Assembly (NCBI RefSeq): GCF_000017845.1
Contig: NC_010546.1
Span: 2,520,001-2,552,000, forward strand
Direction of reading: 5' to 3'
From: Crocosphaera subtropica ATCC 51142
GTDB lineage: Bacteria > Cyanobacteriota > Cyanobacteriia > Cyanobacteriales > Microcystaceae
Length of the DNA: 32,000 nt
Made by a program: the position numbers and the translations under genes. Positions 26,282-32,000 of this stretch are shown in pieces (positions within the stretch are counted from its first letter, which is position 1; every line of letters begins with the position of its first letter). The notes beneath the pieces are model-generated. The model saw nothing but the letters and a program-made list of their open reading frames with translations. It had not been told where the DNA came from and ran no database searches.

Positions 26282-26603
26282 CTGGATAAACTTGTTTCAA
26301 AATAACTATCAATTAACTCAAAACCTTATCATAAAAATCCCTAGAAAGATATATAATAATCTTAAGGTAAATGAGAAGGGAGTGAGCAAACCTCTGTTAT
26401 TCTATCCTAAAGCCTGATAAAATTGCTTCTGATTAAATCTAACGTTTTCAGGGTTTCTCCTACCTCTATAAGCCAATAAAGTACCATAGAGTTTCTTTTT
26501 GGCTTGATGTTTAACAAGTTGTCTGAAATTATTTTTCGGGTATGATAAATATAATAAAAGTAAGATATTATAGAATGTCTAATTAATTGATATTATTTTT
26601 AAG

Positions 26604-28256
26604 ATGATTAAATCAATGACGATTGATGCTAAAACACTGACATTCATCGGTTTTACCTTGATGCTTTTAGCGATAGCTTTTGCTTTTTTTACAAGACTAA
26701 TAGCGGTTTTTCAGTATGTAACTTTTGATATTGGACCTGATCCTGATCAGATAAGAGATACTTTTTTGATCATGGAAATATGGAAAGGTAAATTTCCCAC
26801 CCTTGGACCTGTATCTTCCATTGGAGGACATCATATTTTACCCCTTTATTATTATCTTGTTTTCCCTTTTACTATACTGGGTTCTGACCCTGTTTTTCAG
26901 GCCCTTCCTAATGCTTTATTTTCTTTTTTATCAATTCCTCTTTTTATCTATTTAATTTATCAACTATTAGATAGAACTGAAAGGCCATTAAGACTTTTTT
27001 TGAGTGGACTCGCTGGTTTTTGGTATAGTTTATTTTTTGGAGATATTTTTATTAGTAATTTTCAATGGAATCCGAGTTCAATTCCCTTTTTCTTTCTATT
27101 ATTAACGGCTCTCTATCAGCTAGAAATGAAAAATACATATTCTTTTGTATCAAAAGTCATTTTATGGATACTTTCAGGGGTTGTTTTAGGGATTTTAATC
27201 AGTTTACACTCTTCAACCTTATTTATTATTCCATTGGTCTTTATTATTACTGCTGCGGTTTTCATTTATCAAGCTATAAAGAAAAAACAATATCTATTGA
27301 TTACTTTACCTTTTATTGGTATTGTATCAGCTATTATTAGCTTGACCCCGTATTGGATCGGTGAATTTGGGCGCAATTTTCGTAATACAAAAACTATTAT
27401 TAAAACAGTGCTTAAATCTAGTTCTGAGTCTGATAGCTCTTTTTTAATCAAGTTATTTGATAAATTTAGTCAGTTAATTTTAAACTATTTGACTTTAGGT
27501 CAACAACATTATTTATGGGATGATTCTTGGTTATCTTTATTCATTTCAATTATCTTCTTATCTGTGGTGACTTATTTAGGGTTTGTCAAGTTTAAAGGGA
27601 ACCCGTATATTTGGTTATTTTGGGTGTCAACTTGGTTAATCTTTCTTCTAGCTGCTGCTAATATTGATCCACAAGAAACCGTTCCTTACTATAAGTCACT
27701 TATATCCTTTGCACCGATTGTTTTAACTGTTATTACCCTTGCTTTTTTAGATTATTCTTCTCGCTATCAAAAAGCTTTAGCCATTTTTATTGGAATTTTT
27801 ATTGTAATTTCTTGTTTACAAAACCTACGCTATGATTATCGATTTATGTTAAGTAAATATAGTGAAAATGCTTTAATGAGTACAGAAGATGTAACCAATA
27901 TTATGGAGAAATTACCCCCTAATGCGACCATTTGTGACCCGACAGTCAAACGGAAACGAAAAAAGAATAATCAATATAATTATATCGATACTTACGTTAC
28001 TAACAAAGGAATTTCGGTGACGGAAACTTGTCAACCGAGTCACTATATTATTCATCCTAAAAGAATTATGTTAATCGAGAACAATTTTCTGAATAATAGT
28101 AGCTATACAGACCCGTATTTTTTCAAAAACGACCCACCAAAAGCCCTTAATTTATTTCCTACCTTTGAAATCTCTGAGAATGAAAAAATTGATAGACCTT
28201 CAGAATTATTTTTAGAAACAAAAACAGCTTATGTTTATCGCATAATTAACAATTAA
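26604..28256 (+). CDS. Polytopic membrane protein, GT-C-like (ArnT/PMT/YfhO-type glycosyltransferase candidate)
   Basis: 550 aa with at least 10 hydrophobic segments and an acidic first extracytoplasmic loop (FDIGPDPDQIRD). A soluble C-terminal region of about 130 aa follows. It is divergent from the GT2/MBOAT operon. The family call is an inference. Confidence 0.5.
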   Translation: MIKSMTIDAKTLTFIGFTLMLLAIAFAFFTRLIAVFQYVTFDIGPDPDQIRDTFLIMEIWKGKFPTLGPVSSIGGHHILPLYYYLVFPFTILGSDPVFQALPNALFSFLSIPLFIYLIYQLLDRTERPLRLFLSGLAGFWYSLFFGDIFISNFQWNPSSIPFFFLLLTALYQLEMKNTYSFVSKVILWILSGVVLGILISLHSSTLFIIPLVFIITAAVFIYQAIKKKQYLLITLPFIGIVSAIISLTPYWIGEFGRNFRNTKTIIKTVLKSSSESDSSFLIKLFDKFSQLILNYLTLGQQHYLWDDSWLSLFISIIFLSVVTYLGFVKFKGNPYIWLFWVSTWLIFLLAAANIDPQETVPYYKSLISFAPIVLTVITLAFLDYSSRYQKALAIFIGIFIVISCLQNLRYDYRFMLSKYSENALMSTEDVTNIMEKLPPNATICDPTVKRKRKKNNQYNYIDTYVTNKGISVTETCQPSHYIIHPKRIMLIENNFLNNSSYTDPYFFKNDPPKALNLFPTFEISENEKIDRPSELFLETKTAYVYRIINN

Positions 28257-28268
28257 TCATTGCTAAAT

Positions 28269-28970
28269 TCAGCGTCTGCGTCGTCGAATGATAGGGGGTT
28301 TTCCTCGTTTTGCTGAACTATCACTAGAATATCCTCCTAACTCTTCGCTAAGCTGTCGAAAGATATCACGACGTAGATAAGGATACTCTCCTATCCATAA
28401 ATTGTGTTGAGGAAAATACACATCCGTAATCTTATCAATACGGCTTAAATCTGGAGTTTTGGACAAAACTAACATTTCTGCGATTTGTCCTGGCTTAATG
28501 ACACGATAAAGACGGTTTATAGGGGCTTTTGTAATGGCGGTAAACCCTTCTTCATCACCCACTTCTATATTAATTTGTCGTTCTCTATTTTCAATTACCA
28601 CTAACTCTCCCCATTTATTCACCGTTTGTTCTTCTCCGACTAATTCTTCGGTGATAAACACATCTAAGACTTGTCCTTGCCAAAACCCACAATAAGGATA
28701 GCGACGGTATTTCCCATTGCGAACACTGGCCCATAAAACAGGACCCCACAGCCAATATAATCCGGCAATGATATCAAAAATCAGTTTAATGGTTTCTCCT
28801 CCAGAACCAGCTAATTTTCCTAACAACCAAGTCACCACCAAAGCGACGAAAGAGACAAATAAACGTTGTAATAAATCTCGCCATTTACCCCAATAAAAAG
28901 AATATTGGTTTCCTGTGGCAATGGGAGGGATAATTTCTTCTAATGCGTCACGAGTTAAGGGAACTAACAT
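28269..28970 (-). CDS. Conserved-looking membrane protein: two TM helices, a soluble domain and an Arg-rich tail. Family not recognised
   Basis: 233 aa. The TM segments are LFVSFVALVVTWLLGKLAG and LIFDIIAGLYWLWGPVLWA. The tail is KRGKPPIIRRRRR. Its codon usage resembles that of the neighbouring core genes. Confidence 0.6.
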   Translation of the reverse strand: MLVPLTRDALEEIIPPIATGNQYSFYWGKWRDLLQRLFVSFVALVVTWLLGKLAGSGGETIKLIFDIIAGLYWLWGPVLWASVRNGKYRRYPYCGFWQGQVLDVFITEELVGEEQTVNKWGELVVIENRERQINIEVGDEEGFTAITKAPINRLYRVIKPGQIAEMLVLSKTPDLSRIDKITDVYFPQHNLWIGEYPYLRRDIFRQLSEELGGYSSDSSAKRGKPPIIRRRRR

Positions 28971-29108
28971 ACTTTAAAGGTTAAATCAGCTTATAAACCT
29001 AATTACCATCAAAGCACAAATTTAGTAATCAACGTCTACGGCATCTAATATAATAGGCGTGTTCTACACTAAGATTAAGATCAAAATAGTTACACAAAAG
29101 CTAGTCCC

Positions 29109-29408
29109 ATGACTGCAAACTTAATGGTTAATCCCTCATCCCTAATGACTAATGGGGTAGAAATGAAGGAATTTGGGAATATTTGCCTGTTCAAATTTAC
29201 TGAGCAGCTACAGTCTCGTTTTGAAGAACTTTTGTCCAAAAAAAAGACAGATGACCTATCAGAAGAGGAGGAGGCAGAATATAGAGGTATTTCTGACTTA
29301 CAGGGTGGCATCCCCCATCCTCAGATCCGCGTCAGACTACGGATTAGAAGAGGGGAGGAAACTAAAAGAAAGAGCGGTGCAGTGTTTGAAAATAAAAGGA
29401 TTATTTGA
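29109..29408 (+). CDS. Hypothetical small protein; coding status uncertain
   Basis: 99-aa ORF. The segment FTEQLQSRFEELLSKKKTDDLSEEEEAEYRGISDL resembles small helical cyanobacterial proteins, but the tail is low-complexity basic. Two other ORFs overlap it (29090..29311 minus, 29173..29418 plus). A possible internal start is MKEFGN. Confidence 0.3.
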   Translation: MTANLMVNPSSLMTNGVEMKEFGNICLFKFTEQLQSRFEELLSKKKTDDLSEEEEAEYRGISDLQGGIPHPQIRVRLRIRRGEETKRKSGAVFENKRII

Positions 29409-29431
29409 AATAAATTAGATGACTTCGGGAT

Positions 29432-30457
29432 CTAATCTTCCTTGGCTCCAGCGTCTTTGAGTAGTTTTATAATTTCAGTGTTTTCTGCTTCAATAGCTAA
29501 AGATAAAGCTGTGTTTCCGTTATTGTCTTTAGTATTTACATTTGCTCCTGCTTGGATTAGTAATTTGATGACATCTAAGTTATTTTGATGTCCAAACATA
29601 ATCAAGTTCATTATTAAGACACTTTTCCCATCTAAACTTTTAGCATCAACATTAGCACCAGCATTGATCAAAAGAGAACAAATTTCAGAATTTATTGCTC
29701 TCATCAAAGGAGTTTCATTTGCATCTTCGTCACCAAGATTAGGGTTGGCTCCTGTTTGTAAAAGCATTCTAACAATTGAATAATTGTTGTTAGTAACAGC
29801 AAAAAAAAGAGCTGTACACCCTACCTCATCAAAGTCATTAACATCAACCCCTAAAGTGATAAGTCGTCTTACTTCATCAACGTTTTGAGCAACAACTGCA
29901 TCAGATAACTCAACCACAAGAGGGTCTGCATTTTCTTGTCTTTTTCGTTCACGAATGCCAATAGGAAGTATTTCTTTAGCTTCCTTTCTTAATTTTGGAT
30001 CAGTTAATGGAGCTAGATAATTAAAAATGTCTTCATACCCAGCTCCTGCCGCACAATTTAAAGCAAAACCTCCTGTGCTTTGGTGTATTTGATTAATGTC
30101 TGCTCCAAATTTAATCAAAAGTTTAACTATTTCTAGATTTCCCTTTTCCGCAGCTATCATTAAAGGAAGAGAAACTTCCGAATAAATAGGAATAGAGGGA
30201 ACCGCTCCTGCTTCAAGCAAAATTTTAGCAATTTCAAAATTTTCTTCCTCTAATGCTTCTGTAAGTGGTGTCCCTAAATTGCACTCATAATTAACATTCG
30301 CTCCAGCTTTGATTATCATTTCAACAGCTTTTACATTGTTTCTGTAGCAAGCACTGAATAAGGCATTATTTAATGCTTGTTGGCTTATATCTGTTTTCGA
30401 TAATATTTCTTTTATTTTATTTAAGTTGTTATCTTTAACGGAATTTAATAAGTTCAT
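29432..30457 (-). CDS. Ankyrin-repeat protein (about 9 repeats), no signal peptide
   Basis: 341 aa with reiterated ANK consensus units: G(A/T)xxLxxAxxxxNxExxKLLIxAGANVN, e.g. NGNTALSLAIEAENTEIIKLLKDAGA and GTPLTEALEEENFEIAKILLEAGA. Confidence 0.9.
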   Translation of the reverse strand: MNLLNSVKDNNLNKIKEILSKTDISQQALNNALFSACYRNNVKAVEMIIKAGANVNYECNLGTPLTEALEEENFEIAKILLEAGAVPSIPIYSEVSLPLMIAAEKGNLEIVKLLIKFGADINQIHQSTGGFALNCAAGAGYEDIFNYLAPLTDPKLRKEAKEILPIGIRERKRQENADPLVVELSDAVVAQNVDEVRRLITLGVDVNDFDEVGCTALFFAVTNNNYSIVRMLLQTGANPNLGDEDANETPLMRAINSEICSLLINAGANVDAKSLDGKSVLIMNLIMFGHQNNLDVIKLLIQAGANVNTKDNNGNTALSLAIEAENTEIIKLLKDAGAKED

Positions 30458-30545
30458 TATCTTAGATTACAAAAAACTATTTTAAAAATGTTTTCTTTTT
30501 AGGAAAAAAGCTAATTATTTCTAATTTTTAGACTAACAGGGTAGT

Positions 30546-30755
30546 TTATTCTTGCGGATAACGTTGCCATAAATCTGTTATCCTGTGCAAACTGCAATGA
30601 TTCCCTTCCCCTAAGATAAGATGATCAATCAGTGGAATACGAATAAGTTGCATTCCTTTTAGTAATTGTTCGGTTAAATCTAAATCTTGTTGCGAGGGTT
30701 CGGGAACTAGCATTGTGATAGGGCGTAACAAAGCGATCGCATTAATTATACACGC
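30546..30755 (-). pseudogene. RadC-like JAB/MPN domain C-terminal relic
   Basis: The open frame reads [56 protein letters not shown]. This aligns with the RadC C-terminus (..HNHPSGxxxPSxxDxxxTxxL....LDHxIxG). However, HNHPSG is replaced by RPITML, and everything N-terminal is absent behind an in-frame stop at 30756..30758. Confidence 0.6.
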
Positions 30756-30820
30756 TTAAATCTGATCAACACCTAAGAGCATCTAAGATTAAGCCATGTT
30801 GTCTATTTTATCTGTTTTCC

Positions 30821-32000
30821 CTAGGATATTGAGGTTTGATTTCCTAAGATAACCCAAAACAGAAAAATTAACATTAAACTCATCCCTCCAATTAAATGCT
30901 CAAATTGTTCAGCGATACGAGGTAGTTTAATTACCATTCGTTGAACTATTAAAATATAAGTAAACCAGCCTAAAAAGATGGTAATTAAAGGTTTGATAAT
31001 ATTGACAAAAGTATAGGCTTGATAATAAACACCGTTTGCAATTAATAAGCCACCTAGTAATAAACCAATAGCTGGAAAAAATCCAGATTTTGCTTTACTT
31101 CCTCCGCTTTTTTCGTGGGGTAAAAAGATAAACTTAGCAAAGGTGGTGGCTGTCCCTAGGGCAGCAATATTCATTCCAATGACTTGCCAAGGCAATAAAT
31201 TTTTCATGGTCAAAACCTTCGCCCCAAACCCTGATAATAAAGGAAATCCCGAAATTGAAAAACTGGCCATAACCAAAGGTATCCAAATAGCAGTTTTCAT
31301 CGGTTGATCTTGTAATACTTTGAGGTTACGACTTGGTAAAATTCCTGCCATCAAAAATAAAGATGACTTAACCAAACCATGAGTTAAAGCATAAAATCCA
31401 CCCACTTCTGGGGCTGCTAAAATAAAGCCTAATTGGGAAACTGTGGAAAAGGCTAACATCCGTTTTGTGTCTTGTTCAAAAATAGCATAACTCACCCCTA
31501 ATAATGCCGTTCCTACTCCAAAAATACGAATAATCGGATCAACTTCAGGAACCATTAACGTACAACGAACTAAGGGGTAAATTGCCGCTTTAACCACAAC
31601 CCCTGATAACATAGCAGAAACAGGACTATCCGATTCAGAATGGGTCAAAGGTAACCATAACCCTGAAACAAAAATCCCACCTTTTGCTAACAGTCCTAAA
31701 AAGATAAGGGCAACTGCTTCTGGTGGTGATCCTCTTAACCCTTCAAAGCCAAAAGAATGATGTGCCTTATAGACTAAAACTGTGCCTACCAGATAAAATA
31801 ACATGGCCACATTACTGACAAAGAGATAACGTAACCCTACCCATATTGAGCGATCGCTTCTTGGATAAGTAATGAGTAAAAAGGCAGCAATACTAATAAC
31901 TTCTAAAGCTACATATAAACTGATAAAATCAGCACAAATAAAAGCAGCATTAACACTTCCATGTAAAATAATAACCTGGGTATAAAAAAAGTTAGTTTTA
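30821..32000 (-). CDS. Proton-conducting membrane transporter subunit (NuoL/M/N - MrpD/MnhD family), 5' end outside the window
   Basis: The track ORF begins at a GTG at 31810. The frame stays open to position 32000 (..ALEVISIAAFLLITYPRSDRSIWVGLRYLFVSNVAMLFYLVG..). The core LAKGGIFVSGLWLPLTHSESDSPVSAMLSGVVVKAAIYPLVR matches the PF00361 signature in divergent form. Confidence 0.8.
   Translation of the reverse strand, partial: KTNFFYTQVIILHGSVNAAFICADFISLYVALEVISIAAFLLITYPRSDRSIWVGLRYLFVSNVAMLFYLVGTVLVYKAHHSFGFEGLRGSPPEAVALIFLGLLAKGGIFVSGLWLPLTHSESDSPVSAMLSGVVVKAAIYPLVRCTLMVPEVDPIIRIFGVGTALLGVSYAIFEQDTKRMLAFSTVSQLGFILAAPEVGGFYALTHGLVKSSLFLMAGILPSRNLKVLQDQPMKTAIWIPLVMASFSISGFPLLSGFGAKVLTMKNLLPWQVIGMNIAALGTATTFAKFIFLPHEKSGGSKAKSGFFPAIGLLLGGLLIANGVYYQAYTFVNIIKPLITIFLGWFTYILIVQRMVIKLPRIAEQFEHLIGGMSLMLIFLFWVILGNQTSIS

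Noticed and set aside
29090-29418. Two extra ORFs overlapping the 99-codon ORF (29090..29311 minus, 29173..29418 plus). A possible frameshifted gene
   Set aside because: I tried joining the two plus-strand frames after ..EAEYRGISDL but could not obtain a sequence I recognise. There is no evidence for a frameshift, so only the longest ORF is kept, at low confidence.

Overview
This is a cyanobacterial chromosomal segment. It is AT-rich and carries 11 perfect copies of the HIP1 octamer GCGATCGC, intergenic heptanucleotide (STRR-type) repeats, and a psbD gene. My guess from composition is a Cyanothece/Crocosphaera-like Chroococcales genome, but that cannot be proven here. Most genes lie on the minus strand and are ordinary housekeeping genes. 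They are: mnmG (5' end only), a PIN/antitoxin pair, an Hsp70-family ATPase, solanesyl-diphosphate synthase, murI, an AMIN-domain AmiC amidase, a CPA2 cation/proton antiporter, a Uma2 nuclease, a secreted fasciclin protein, minC-minD-minE, a TrmH/SpoU methyltransferase, a small redox/hydrolase cluster, DUF2809 and DUF2993 proteins, a monocistronic psbD, and a proton-conducting antiporter-type subunit that runs off the right edge. The most interesting region is 22.5-28.3 kb. There a tightly packed MBOAT -> DltD-like membrane-anchored SGNH-type protein -> GtrB/ArnC-like GT2 operon sits divergent from a 550-aa GT-C-like polytopic membrane protein. Together these predict a periplasmic glycosylation plus O-acylation machine for an unknown envelope polymer, and no DltA/DltC, AlgF/AlgX or GtrA partners are present. 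Other notable items:
- An internally deleted MmeI-like type IIG restriction-modification pseudogene beside a repeat-filled spacer.
- A hairpin whose loop displays the Yfr1 sRNA core motif CUCCUCACAC.
- A missed 38-codon hydrophobic ORF.
- A pair of mutually exclusive hairpins ending in a T-run, with no cognate gene.
- A Met/Asp/Glu-rich tandem repeat inside the fasciclin gene.
- An AT-rich ankyrin-repeat islet next to a RadC/JAB relic.

No rRNA, tRNA, CRISPR array, transposase or prophage genes were seen. All family assignments rest on motif recognition by eye; no database search was possible.
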